IMG/VR virus record: IMGVR_UViG_3300028558_000001
Span: 64,001 to 128,000 of that record
DNA from: a virus
Length of the DNA: 64,000 nt
Strand: one strand, 5' to 3'
The notes below the pieces were generated by a model. That model had not been told where the DNA came from. It made no database searches and saw only the letters and a list, made by a program, of their open reading frames with translations. Position 1 is the first letter of the stretch, and each line of letters starts with the position of its first letter. The position numbers were made by a program, and so were the translations under genes. Of this stretch, positions 1-10,014 are shown piece by piece.

Positions 1-468
1 TGGATCAATATCATTGTTTGCACCGCGCCAACAAAATCCATGCTTCTGTAGAATTGTAGCAAACTTCTCATCAATCATCTGTCCACCAGTATACTTATGA
101 GGGAATGGATTATGTTGTGGGTCCATATCAATAGCACATCCCCATGAATGTACTGATAGACGTGAACCGCCGCGTTCAAGGCGATAACAGAAGGTTCCAC
201 CAGTAATATTGAGTCTCTTGGCAACAATGTAATCATGACCAAGTGTATTAAGTACGTCAGTAAAAGCAGCGTCGAATGTCTCTAGTGTCTTTTTATGAAC
301 TTCTAGATGTAACATCGCTTCTTTTGGATTGCCAGAATAGAACATTGGATATGGAGTAACCCAATGTGTCATGTTTTCGGCATACCACTTTGGATCAACG
401 TTGCCGTTTCTTCCTCTTGGATTGCCATAAAAAGCATCTAGTTCAACAATATTTTCTTTAGGCCACAT
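1..468 (-). CDS. M15-family (L-Ala-D-Glu/D,D-) peptidase endolysin, 3'-truncated by window edge
   Basis: Manual translation from ATG at 468: MWPKENIVELDAFYGNPRG...GGTFCYRLERGGSRLSVHSWGCAIDMDPQHNP...QKHGFCWRG..DIDP. Contains the SxHxxGxAxD Zn-binding motif of M15 peptidases. Not in the ORF track. Confidence 0.85.
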   Translation of the reverse strand, partial: MWPKENIVELDAFYGNPRGRNGNVDPKWYAENMTHWVTPYPMFYSGNPKEAMLHLEVHKKTLETFDAAFTDVLNTLGHDYIVAKRLNITGGTFCYRLERGGSRLSVHSWGCAIDMDPQHNPFPHKYTGGQMIDEKFATILQKHGFCWRGANNDIDP

Positions 469-504
469 TATGAATTTTCCTCTGTTAGTTATATATTCTA
501 TTTA

Positions 505-1149
505 TTAGGAAACAGGCCAAACAACTGCATCAATTTCAGCAGTTGTAGTAATTGAATTGTTACTAATTCCATTTAGAACTGTGCCATATGTAATATAAGT
601 ATTAGAAATCCAATTTCCTACTTCTGTGGCTAGTGTGATACATTCTGACCCTAGAATTGAAGTAGCAACTCCATTGTTATCAATCCAAGTCTTAGACTGA
701 GTTGGATAATTCTGACCAAAGAGGGCTAGAAGTGATAATGATGCTTGCGTTGATGAAGTACCATCACATAGAATTTCTTTTGGAGTAGAATTGGCTTCCG
801 CTACATTAACAGTAATGCCTTTATATAGGACATTGTAATGAACTAGATCAGTATATACATTTAATGATACTGATGGAGAAGGGGCAACAGTCTGATACAT
901 AGAAGTTGCAACAATGGTGTTGGCAAATCTTTCATATGTAATACCACAAACTACCTGATTGTTTGCTGGTTGTTGAACAGGATCAGCTACCCTATAAATG
1001 TTTAGGGGTAATAGATCAGCATCGGCCATTGCCCATAATGTTGACCATGCGTATGAAACTGTATTAGCACCAGCACCAGTTGTAACTGGATTGCCGGGCG
1101 CTAATGGAATTATTGCCCCTGATGCATCTAAACTTACTAAAGTAGTCAA
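505..1149 (-). CDS. Tail-fibre-associated protein (DUF4376-like C-terminus)
   Basis: C-terminal W..NNG...TTAEIDAVVWP pattern typical of DUF4376/tail fibre assembly proteins; lies downstream of the fibre and adhesin genes. Confidence 0.55.
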   Translation of the reverse strand: MTTLVSLDASGAIIPLAPGNPVTTGAGANTVSYAWSTLWAMADADLLPLNIYRVADPVQQPANNQVVCGITYERFANTIVATSMYQTVAPSPSVSLNVYTDLVHYNVLYKGITVNVAEANSTPKEILCDGTSSTQASLSLLALFGQNYPTQSKTWIDNNGVATSILGSECITLATEVGNWISNTYITYGTVLNGISNNSITTTAEIDAVVWPVS

Positions 1150-1160
1150 TTATATTCTCC

Positions 1161-1934
1161 TTAACCCCAAGATATTAAAACTCGTCCATTACCACCAGTG
1201 CCGCCTTGTGAATAACCTGATATAAGACCACCGCCGCCACCGCCGCCTACTGTTACGGACAGTCCTGTTCCTACTGCTATATTTCCAATGTAATAAGTAG
1301 ACTGTGAATAACCAGCGCCACCGCCTCCCCCGCCGCCGATCCCGCCACCGGAATTATAACCGCCGCCACCGCCACCACCCGGCCATGATCCTCCACCACC
1401 GGCTGTTCCCCCCGCAGCACCGCCGCCACCACCACCCGGCGAGCCGCCACCAGCACCGGCATAACCTAATCCACCAGAACCACCAGAATTACCACCGTCG
1501 TTTACTTGATTACCACCACCAGCAGAACCACCACCGCCTCCAGCATAATATCCAGAACCACCACCGCCTCCAGAAGCCCACAAATATCCACTTATTTGTG
1601 ATGTTCCACCACCAGAACCACCAGCATAAACATAATTAGTATAGCCAGCAGTACCGCCGCCGCCGCCACCCCAAACTTGGAATGTTATCCAGTTGAAGTG
1701 AGGAACATACCAAGTATAAGTTCCGGGCGTTCCTTGGTCCCATGAACCGGGAACGGCAGAAGTAGTTCCATAGAATTGTTTAATATCAATCAGACCTGAT
1801 GTGGGTACACCAGCGTTAGCAGAAATATTAGGAACGTATGAACCACCGCGATAATATGATTTTAAATCATTACCACCACCGAATTCGTTAATAATATTTT
1901 TTAAGCTTATTAGTCCAGAAGATGGAAGAGTCAT
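1161..1934 (-). CDS. Glycine-rich fibre-tip adhesin (gp38-like analogue)
   Basis: N-terminus MTLPSSGLISL..I..EFGG, followed by many polyglycine runs (WGGGGGG...GGNGRVLISW); ATGA overlap with the upstream fibre gene. Confidence 0.65.
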   Translation of the reverse strand: MTLPSSGLISLKNIINEFGGGNDLKSYYRGGSYVPNISANAGVPTSGLIDIKQFYGTTSAVPGSWDQGTPGTYTWYVPHFNWITFQVWGGGGGGTAGYTNYVYAGGSGGGTSQISGYLWASGGGGGSGYYAGGGGGSAGGGNQVNDGGNSGGSGGLGYAGAGGGSPGGGGGGAAGGTAGGGGSWPGGGGGGGYNSGGGIGGGGGGGAGYSQSTYYIGNIAVGTGLSVTVGGGGGGGLISGYSQGGTGGNGRVLISWG

Positions 1935-3757
1935 TTACTTTCCAGTATTTTGATTCTATCTTGTAGTTCTTTAATTTGCTTTTGTTGAGCCTGAACCGCG
2001 CCAATTAAATCGAAGATAATCTTATTTTCAGAAACAGTTAAATATGGATTTCCATTTTCATCTTTAGATGTTTCATTAATATGAACTGCATCTGGATTAA
2101 TTGGTACAACTTCCTGTGCGATCAAACCTCTTTGACGTTCACCTTCTTCTTTACCATTGATAGAACGTCCAATAGTATTCCAAGAGAAATCAACTACTCT
2201 ATATGAGTTTACTCTATGTAGACCTTCAACTGCATTAACAGAGACAATGTTTTCCTTAAGTCTTTCATCTGACCATGAAGCGTAAAGATCGCCAGTAGTA
2301 TAGAAGTTTCCATCATAGTTCATTAACCATTTAATAGTATTAGTATGGTCATTGAAACCATGTTGGTAGGAAGAGCCATTAGCAGCGGAAACATAAGTAG
2401 AGGTTCCGTTAGGTGTTATTTGAATTCTGGCAACAGAATTAGCATCATAGATATAACCAGTTGTAAGAATATGATTTGTGGATGATATTAATCCACCAAA
2501 GTTAGTTCCTGCTCCAGTACCGTCAATATTTACAACGCCAGTTGAAAGGTTCCAAGAAAGAGGTCTAAAGCTATTATATGTTCCTGTAGTATTGCCAGAT
2601 GCAGTCTGCATGAAGTACATAGAAGCACCATCATTACGGAAGAAAGTAGCATATGTTCCTCCGACTAATCTATATTGACCACCAGTACCGGAAGCATCAG
2701 TAGCAATTGCTAAGATAGAATTTGCTGCGATAGTATTGGCATTAATAGTATTTGATGTATGGGCAACAATAGTAGTTGTATTTGCTACGATAGTATTTGC
2801 GGTAATTGCAACCAAGTTAGCATTATTAGCTGTTACTGAATTGGAAGTAACAGATACTAAGTTAGCGGTATTAGATGTTAAAGCAGTAATTGTTCCGGTA
2901 TTGCTTCCAAGATTTACGGTAGAAACAGTATTAGTAGAAACAGTATTAGAAACAGTTAATATGCCTGTTGTACTATTGTATGTAAATGCCGCAGAAGCAC
3001 CCATTGTTCCAGAGCTATTAAACTGAACCTGTGTGTTAGCACCACCAGCAGCTACTAATGACGCAATAGAAACATATGAACCATTAGCATTTAAATAAAA
3101 TGATCCATTTGAAATGGCCGCTGTAGAAGGAACGGTAATATTAATGTTAGAGGTAGAGTTAGCTACCGCTATACTTGATGGTGTTAGAGTAACCTTGACA
3201 GTTGAGTTACCAACTAATACTGTATTATTTGTAGTTAGATTGGCATTAAGTGTTACAGTATTTCCAAATGTAGTTGGAGCATTTACAGTTAGGTTGTTTG
3301 AGGTAACTACTAGATTATTAGAATTAAATGCAGTATTAGAAACATTGAATGTAAGTAGGTTGGTGTTTACAGTATATGTATTAGAAGTAACTGATGAGTT
3401 TACAACAGATACAGACCATATAGAAGTATTAACTGAAACAGAGTTTGACGGAGTTAATGCAATATTCAGAGGGGTCATTGAGAAGAAGGTATTTGTAGTA
3501 TTGGCAAATACCGTATTGGTAACAATATTTAAAGTATTTGGAGCATTGATGGTCCCGCCACCAATGGAGTTACCGACGTTTAATACATTGATACCAATAT
3601 AGCCGTTACATACACCATTACCAGTTGTTACTGATCCAGTAGTGCTAGAATCTACAGTAAAGGTATTTGATGAAATGATTGTAGCAATCTGGTTAGTTCT
3701 GGTTAACCAAACTCCAAATGACTGACTATTTGCAACTGTAGAGACTGTAATTGACAT
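1931..3757 (-). CDS. Tail fibre protein with C-terminal intramolecular chaperone (peptidase S74)
   Basis: N/T/S-rich beta-repeat body, GANTQVQFN motif, C-terminal SDERLKENI...GLIAQEV...coiled coil. Confidence 0.85.
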   Translation of the reverse strand: MSITVSTVANSQSFGVWLTRTNQIATIISSNTFTVDSSTTGSVTTGNGVCNGYIGINVLNVGNSIGGGTINAPNTLNIVTNTVFANTTNTFFSMTPLNIALTPSNSVSVNTSIWSVSVVNSSVTSNTYTVNTNLLTFNVSNTAFNSNNLVVTSNNLTVNAPTTFGNTVTLNANLTTNNTVLVGNSTVKVTLTPSSIAVANSTSNINITVPSTAAISNGSFYLNANGSYVSIASLVAAGGANTQVQFNSSGTMGASAAFTYNSTTGILTVSNTVSTNTVSTVNLGSNTGTITALTSNTANLVSVTSNSVTANNANLVAITANTIVANTTTIVAHTSNTINANTIAANSILAIATDASGTGGQYRLVGGTYATFFRNDGASMYFMQTASGNTTGTYNSFRPLSWNLSTGVVNIDGTGAGTNFGGLISSTNHILTTGYIYDANSVARIQITPNGTSTYVSAANGSSYQHGFNDHTNTIKWLMNYDGNFYTTGDLYASWSDERLKENIVSVNAVEGLHRVNSYRVVDFSWNTIGRSINGKEEGERQRGLIAQEVVPINPDAVHINETSKDENGNPYLTVSENKIIFDLIGAVQAQQKQIKELQDRIKILESK

Positions 3758-3772
3758 TTATATCCTATTTCT

Positions 3773-3991
3773 TTACGTTAATTTCTGTAAAATTAAGTTT
3801 AACTTTTCGTTAATATCTTCTACTTGCTTTTTAATATCATCATGCTCTACAATCATCTTCGTCAATTTAATTCTATTTTCACGTTCTTTCTTATAACCAT
3901 TTAGACCTTCAACATTGGTGTTCAAGATCGCTTTGGAATGAGAATCTCTTACTAAATATGGGTTATTTTCAACTTTAATATAGGATGACAT
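3773..3991 (-). CDS. Conserved T4-like small coiled-coil protein
   Basis: IKVENNPYLVRD..SKAILNTN motif; late promoter TATAAATA just upstream. Confidence 0.55.
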   Translation of the reverse strand: MSSYIKVENNPYLVRDSHSKAILNTNVEGLNGYKKERENRIKLTKMIVEHDDIKKQVEDINEKLNLILQKLT

Positions 3992-4009
3992 GCATAAATT
4001 CCTTTATGT

Positions 4010-4017
4010 TATTTATA
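4010..4017 (-). promoter_or_regulatory. T4-type late promoter TATAAATA
   Basis: Exact T4 late consensus on minus strand, 19 nt upstream of ORF 3773-3991. Confidence 0.7.
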
Positions 4018-4020
4018 AGA

Positions 4021-7000
4021 TTAAGCGGATGAAGGCGTAGCGATTGCTCTCAAATCACTTAATCTTGGATATAGGTATGATCCTGCATTTGATAGTAGGA
4101 CTACCTTAACAGCAAATGTGCTGTATGTGGTATATACCTGTCCAGTATTAGCTACATAAGTCAAGATACTTGTATTAGCTGGATCGAGATATGCAGTAGC
4201 ATTGCTTGGACTTGGAGCAGTAACAGGTAATGTAAAGATATATTCCTTGGTATCCTGCTTATTTACAGTAGATGATCTTACTGTATTTGTAGTGTTCATA
4301 GGAGTCCATAGTTTATTATTGAATGGATCAGAATCATATTGATTTAGGAATTTACCATATACATAAATCTGTGTGCCAGTAGGCCAATAAGCACCTAGAT
4401 ATACGATCAAATCTTCTGCATCCATACCTGTAGTTAGGGTAACTGTCTGAGAAATATATCTATTGACGGCCTGACCGTTATTGTTCAACTCAGATGTATA
4501 AACATCGTTGTTTGCATCTTCTGCATTGATTACAGTATGTAGGCATACTGCACCTAGCTTAGCAGTATCAATAATAGGTGAAATTAGGCTTGTCTGAGAT
4601 ACAAATGATGCATTGATTACAAGTGACTTATTTCCGTTCTTATAGATCAATTCATTTGAACGAGACATTACAACACGTTCCTGATCAATGAATGGAGTCG
4701 AAACACCAAATGATAGACCAGTTGAAGTTGTATCTGTTACATATGAAGTCGCTGAATTAGAAGTTCCAATTAAGTTATATGTTAGTGCAGTATCATTCAT
4801 TGCAGTAACAGCAAGTTTAGGCATTAATTCGCCATAATAAATATCGTTTAATGTAACTGTATTAGCATATGCTCCACTTGTTGAACCAATCAAGTACATG
4901 TTATTTGAGAACTGGATTGTTGAATTTGCCGTAGAGTTAGTGATATATAGGCTTGAGCTATTAGCAATAGAGACAATGCCAGTCAATCCAGTATTGCCAA
5001 TGATATTACCGATAGCAACTGTGCTGCTTGTAAATGTTGGTGCTGTATTGATAGAGAACGTTGTTCCAGTTAGAATGCTATTAACGTTAGCAACAAAAGC
5101 CTGTGACGTTGCAGAGTTTCTAAGAACAATCTTAGAGTTTGCTGTAAATAGACCTGAATTTGGAACAGTAATAATAGTATTACCTGATGTAGTTGCACCT
5201 GTTGTTACAACATCATTGGCAACAGGATATACTGCTTCTCCAAGCTGGAAGCTTCCACCATTAGTATTAGTAATAGTGAAGTATTCAGTATTATCATTTA
5301 CTAATTGTGCTGTGCCATTTAATGCAGTAAATGCATAAGTATATAGGTTAAACTTCAATCTCTTTGTCTGATCGGCAGTCCATGTTGTATTCTGAGAAGA
5401 CGTGAACAAATCACCTGTTCCGGTTAAGGAATAGATTGGTGAACCTGAAATAGTATCAGTTTTGCCAAGTTCTGCAACCCATAAGTTGTAGTTTGGATTT
5501 GAACCGTCTGGCATAATAACGATGCAATATTGTGTACCTGTCTGTAGAAGTACAGGAGCCTCAAATTGTACATTGGTTGCAACTGATGAATCAGATGAAA
5601 CATTGATCTGAGAAGGTGTTAAGTGAACTTGTGAGAAGTTCTGAATCGTCGCACCGGGATAACCATTCTGCATGTCACGGATCATAACTGTAACACCCAA
5701 GATTGGGTCTACTGATTCAAAGAACAAATCTACAGAAGAAACGAAAACCCCTTGAATATCATTTGATCCAAATACTTCATTGGTAATTGTAATACCCTGT
5801 GCTAATGGATCGACAATATAGTTAGATACGCCCTGAATAGTTGACGTAGTTGATGAAGTTGTCATAGTATTTGACACTTTTGTTGCAACTATCTGTGGGG
5901 TAATTGTATTAAGAGTTACGTTATTTTCTGCATAGGCAATATTAGTACCATAATAGGTAGCTGATGCAGTTGTAGTAATTGCATTTGATAGCGTTACCAT
6001 GTTATTAACATCACAAAGATTAAATGTTCTATTACCTGATCTAAAGGTAGCCGCTGGTAGGTAGAACATACCATAGATAGTTCCAGTAGAATCAGTAACT
6101 AGATTTTGACCGGCTTTAATATTGAAGTTAGAATCAGTTAATACGCAATCAGCAGATACGTTGGTATCATCCATCCAAGCATATAGTCTTGTATTTGGCT
6201 TCAAACCAGTTGCAATAAATTTAATTAGTTTAGCTTGACAATATGGCTGGATACTTACGTTTGTAACGTATGTTCCTAGATTATAGCTATTATTAGCTGC
6301 GGTTACGCCATATTTAGTACCATACTGAACATAATTATTATTTACAGTAGTAGTAGATACGGTAGCATTGGCATATGCAGTAAATGCCTGTGAAATATTT
6401 GGATTGCCTTCTGATACAATTAGAGGGCTTCCGTTATATGTTCCAGTAATTAAATTGCTTAGGCTTACTGCACCAGCCTTAATATATTGCTGAGAAGTAC
6501 TAGTAGAAGCAGATGAAGATGTTTCCTGCCAATTTCCCCATTGAGTAGGCCAAGCATTTGATATATTGGAGAAATTAGAGTATGAGTTATCTGTAACTAC
6601 AACATCTGGATTTACTGTTACGTCTGGTTGATAATCGCCAGTTGGGTTTAGAGTAATCGTACCTGACCATACATATAAGCTGTCTTGGGCAGCATTCATT
6701 GTCTCAGAAGCAAATGGCTGAGCAATGAATGGAGAAGAATTCTGGTTTGCAGTTAGTGAAACAATTCTACCATCAGATGAAACAGAGCAATTATCTCCAT
6801 TAATCTTATTATATTGTAGATGTACTAATTGTTGATTAAAAATAGGACGTGCTTCGCAGTTTGCAGAGTCAATAGCGATATTGAAATTAATATCACTAGT
6901 ATTACAAATTGTGAAATTCTGGAATGGGTCTGCTAGAATACCATTCTGCATTCTGTTCTGACCAGATGAATTTGTAATCATTAGGTTTTTTGCAGATAAT

Positions 7001-9969
7001 TCTAATGATGATAATGAAGTATAGTATTCTACTTGCTTTAGGCGAGCATCAAGACCACCAATATCCTTCATGGTATAACGTTTATTTGAGTTATATTGAA
7101 ATGTAACGATACCTGTTGTAGTATCATCTACAGTTAGAGTAGGATATGGAGGAACAGATACAGTTGCTAGAGTAATACCAGCAGTAATATCAGAAGGAGG
7201 AACGGGATTTTCCGCTGGAGTTCCTTCAATAATAACAACGGAACCTTTAGGAGTAAATCCTACTTTATCATAACGACCAAGATAATACTGTACCGCTGAC
7301 TGGAATGGAGAATCAATTACAGGAATATAACCATTATTAATGAATGTAAGTGTATTTGCTGGATTTAATACTGTACTTGGAGTAGCAATAACAGCAGCAA
7401 GGTTAGCAGCATATGGGATAGTATTCTGTGTAAATAATCTGAAATCTACACAGTTTCTAAGAGGATATGTGGCACCAGTTGATGGTGAGGTATATAGTGG
7501 AATATTTTTAGTATAAATGGTATTAGCAGTTACGCCAGTATCATCCACTGGATATGAATCAACTGAGAAGAACCCGATACCAGCCGATGTACTCATTGAG
7601 TATGATGTAACGCCTACTAGAAGTTTAGTTGAAGATGTGATAGTAGCACCATGATTATATAGTGATGCTAGACCATAATATGTATCACGCTGTCCATTGT
7701 CCAACTGCATTAGTGAACTTACATTTAGATTAGTATTTGAATATGAAGTACCAGCAAAAACAACAGCATTTTGTACGTCTGGAATACCTAAGCACCAAGG
7801 GCCAGTTGCTCCGTTGGGGTGAGTTGAACAATCAATTGTAACCCAAGTTAGGTTATTCAAAGTTTTTAAAGCTGGAGAAGCTGATGATCTTTGAACTGGA
7901 TAAATGATATTAGCATTGAAAGCAGAAGCAGTTGTGATGCCCAAATTGATAGTAAATGATGTTGAGCTATTAATAGTAATTGAAGGATTAGGAAAATGCT
8001 GACCAGCTACATATACCTGATTGTGAGCAGCAGTAGTCCAAGCATAAGTTGTTGGAGAAGAAACACTTAATGAAGTGCTATTAGCAATTGCGGTAATCTG
8101 ACGAATATCAGTTACAGTTGAGTTACCAATCTGAATATAGTCACCAACAATGTAAGCTGTATTGAATGCTGTGCTTAGACCACTTACAGTTGTTGTTGTG
8201 GTATTAGCTAGAGTCACAGTACCAGCGGCGGCTGAAAGGCTTGTTGTAGTAGAGTTAGTGATAATGAAATCAGATTGTACCTGTACCGCTGATAAAGTTC
8301 CAGTACCAAATGGGAGAGCATTAACGCCACCGACATAGGTTGGAATTGTTACGGTAGCTTGACCTGATGTATTAAAGCTAATTGAAGTATCTACGTTAAA
8401 GTCAAACTGACCAGATGTAGTATTTGTTGCATCTTTAAGAGTCTTAATAGCAGACTGATTAAATGGATATACTAAGCAACCTAGAGTGCTCTCATTTAGA
8501 GTACAATTTCCATTAACGTCTAGGATAACATCTGATACACCACCAGAAACGTATATAGAACGTACACTCTGGAAATTAGCACCAGATTGTAGGACAATAT
8601 TTGTTAAAAATACTAGATACTGTGCTGATGGTGTGCCGGGAACACCAGAGTAATATTCTACACCAATAACAGTTGCAGTTCCTAGTAAGGAACCAGCAGC
8701 AGAGATAGAACCAACGCCAATTCCCTTGGCTAGGTTCAATGAAATTCCATGAGAAGTAGCAGAACGTAGCTGTACAGACTGACCAATGGTTGGATTGAAT
8801 GCGCCAGCAAATTCATTTACAATTAGATAATTACCAAGAGTTGTGGTAATAGTTTGTGATGCTGCCTGTGCAACATCATTACCTTTACGGACTTTATTAA
8901 CTAACATTCCATTAGTTTGGACTTTATATCCATGAACATAAGCAGAACCCGGATCAATAGAAAGCTTAACATAGCTAGTATTTGGAGTTACGCCATCTGG
9001 TTGATATAAAGTAGTACAACGTAGATTGAATGGGCTAATAATAAAGTTGCCGCTCGTATCATCTGAAATCTGCGCCATTGCATCGCCAATAGTAGCATAA
9101 TCAGAAGCTTGACGGATAATGGCAGGATTACCACCTACGAAATCAACGATAGAGAAGAAGTTATTGGTTGAGCTTGAGCTTGTTGCTCTTTCTATCAATG
9201 TAGGAGTTAATTGAAGGCGATGAGCGCCGGGACCAGCATAGTTAGGAGAACCAGCAGAGTTATCGAGAAGTGAGCTATTTTCTTCTGGAGTTACAATAGT
9301 TTCAACTGTATTGAAACCAATTGAAATCTGATCTGGAGTATTATTATATTTAGAAACAATCATTGACTGCTTCTGAACGTCAAGGAAATATCCCTTATGG
9401 AAGATAGTACCATCTGAAACAGATAGAGAATATCCAACACCAGTTGCAGCAGAATTAGCACCGGAAATAGAGGAATTGGCAACAGTAATTGAACCAACTG
9501 CGACGTTAGCTGCATTGTAAATAGTTAGAACTTCATTCTCTTGGAATGTCTTAATGGTAGTGTCGTTTGATGAATTTAGATAATTCACATAGAGGGTATT
9601 TAGGTCAGGAGCTTGTGATACGTAACCAGCATATGTGTCAGTGATATATGCTCTCAGTCCGTTAGTAGATTGAACGTATGATCCTTTGAAATTTGAAATA
9701 GTAAAGGCAGAACTATTAGCATAAGAATCTAGAATTTTTACATATGGGAGAGAAGAATTAAAGGTAATTTTGCAGCCGTCAACGATTGAACCATCAACAA
9801 AGATATTCTTACCAAATTTTTCAATTTGGTACTGAGCCATTGTCTGTGTCTGGTTTACTTCTCTGATTTGGATCGGAGCAGTTGGTCTATGAAGGATTCT
9901 ATAAAATTGGTTATTAGAATTAAAGTCATCAAAATAAGGATATTGATTTAGATCAGTGTCAATTGACAT
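4021..9969 (-). CDS. VrlC-like / DUF4815 large virion structural protein
   Basis: 1982 aa; starts DLNQYPYFDDF...YRILHRP, contains GPGAHRL, DPLAQ and C-terminal PRLSDLRAIA; adjacent to gp8. Confidence 0.8.
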   Translation of the reverse strand: MSIDTDLNQYPYFDDFNSNNQFYRILHRPTAPIQIREVNQTQTMAQYQIEKFGKNIFVDGSIVDGCKITFNSSLPYVKILDSYANSSAFTISNFKGSYVQSTNGLRAYITDTYAGYVSQAPDLNTLYVNYLNSSNDTTIKTFQENEVLTIYNAANVAVGSITVANSSISGANSAATGVGYSLSVSDGTIFHKGYFLDVQKQSMIVSKYNNTPDQISIGFNTVETIVTPEENSSLLDNSAGSPNYAGPGAHRLQLTPTLIERATSSSSTNNFFSIVDFVGGNPAIIRQASDYATIGDAMAQISDDTSGNFIISPFNLRCTTLYQPDGVTPNTSYVKLSIDPGSAYVHGYKVQTNGMLVNKVRKGNDVAQAASQTITTTLGNYLIVNEFAGAFNPTIGQSVQLRSATSHGISLNLAKGIGVGSISAAGSLLGTATVIGVEYYSGVPGTPSAQYLVFLTNIVLQSGANFQSVRSIYVSGGVSDVILDVNGNCTLNESTLGCLVYPFNQSAIKTLKDATNTTSGQFDFNVDTSISFNTSGQATVTIPTYVGGVNALPFGTGTLSAVQVQSDFIITNSTTTSLSAAAGTVTLANTTTTTVSGLSTAFNTAYIVGDYIQIGNSTVTDIRQITAIANSTSLSVSSPTTYAWTTAAHNQVYVAGQHFPNPSITINSSTSFTINLGITTASAFNANIIYPVQRSSASPALKTLNNLTWVTIDCSTHPNGATGPWCLGIPDVQNAVVFAGTSYSNTNLNVSSLMQLDNGQRDTYYGLASLYNHGATITSSTKLLVGVTSYSMSTSAGIGFFSVDSYPVDDTGVTANTIYTKNIPLYTSPSTGATYPLRNCVDFRLFTQNTIPYAANLAAVIATPSTVLNPANTLTFINNGYIPVIDSPFQSAVQYYLGRYDKVGFTPKGSVVIIEGTPAENPVPPSDITAGITLATVSVPPYPTLTVDDTTTGIVTFQYNSNKRYTMKDIGGLDARLKQVEYYTSLSSLELSAKNLMITNSSGQNRMQNGILADPFQNFTICNTSDINFNIAIDSANCEARPIFNQQLVHLQYNKINGDNCSVSSDGRIVSLTANQNSSPFIAQPFASETMNAAQDSLYVWSGTITLNPTGDYQPDVTVNPDVVVTDNSYSNFSNISNAWPTQWGNWQETSSSASTSTSQQYIKAGAVSLSNLITGTYNGSPLIVSEGNPNISQAFTAYANATVSTTTVNNNYVQYGTKYGVTAANNSYNLGTYVTNVSIQPYCQAKLIKFIATGLKPNTRLYAWMDDTNVSADCVLTDSNFNIKAGQNLVTDSTGTIYGMFYLPAATFRSGNRTFNLCDVNNMVTLSNAITTTASATYYGTNIAYAENNVTLNTITPQIVATKVSNTMTTSSTTSTIQGVSNYIVDPLAQGITITNEVFGSNDIQGVFVSSVDLFFESVDPILGVTVMIRDMQNGYPGATIQNFSQVHLTPSQINVSSDSSVATNVQFEAPVLLQTGTQYCIVIMPDGSNPNYNLWVAELGKTDTISGSPIYSLTGTGDLFTSSQNTTWTADQTKRLKFNLYTYAFTALNGTAQLVNDNTEYFTITNTNGGSFQLGEAVYPVANDVVTTGATTSGNTIITVPNSGLFTANSKIVLRNSATSQAFVANVNSILTGTTFSINTAPTFTSSTVAIGNIIGNTGLTGIVSIANSSSLYITNSTANSTIQFSNNMYLIGSTSGAYANTVTLNDIYYGELMPKLAVTAMNDTALTYNLIGTSNSATSYVTDTTSTGLSFGVSTPFIDQERVVMSRSNELIYKNGNKSLVINASFVSQTSLISPIIDTAKLGAVCLHTVINAEDANNDVYTSELNNNGQAVNRYISQTVTLTTGMDAEDLIVYLGAYWPTGTQIYVYGKFLNQYDSDPFNNKLWTPMNTTNTVRSSTVNKQDTKEYIFTLPVTAPSPSNATAYLDPANTSILTYVANTGQVYTTYSTFAVKVVLLSNAGSYLYPRLSDLRAIATPSSA

Positions 9970-10014
9970 ATTTATTTCTTCTCTCTTTTATATGGCTTTA
10001 TATCTATTTATCTA

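Noticed and set aside
1277-1639. His/Arg-rich and Val/Ala-rich ORFs (1304-1639 +, 1277-1462 -)
   Set aside because: Shadow frames of the GGN-codon repeats in the glycine-rich adhesin.
1931-3757. Apparent enrichment of N-x-S/T glycosylation sequons in the fibre
   Set aside because: A rough hand count gives about a quarter of Asn residues in sequons, roughly what the S+T content predicts.
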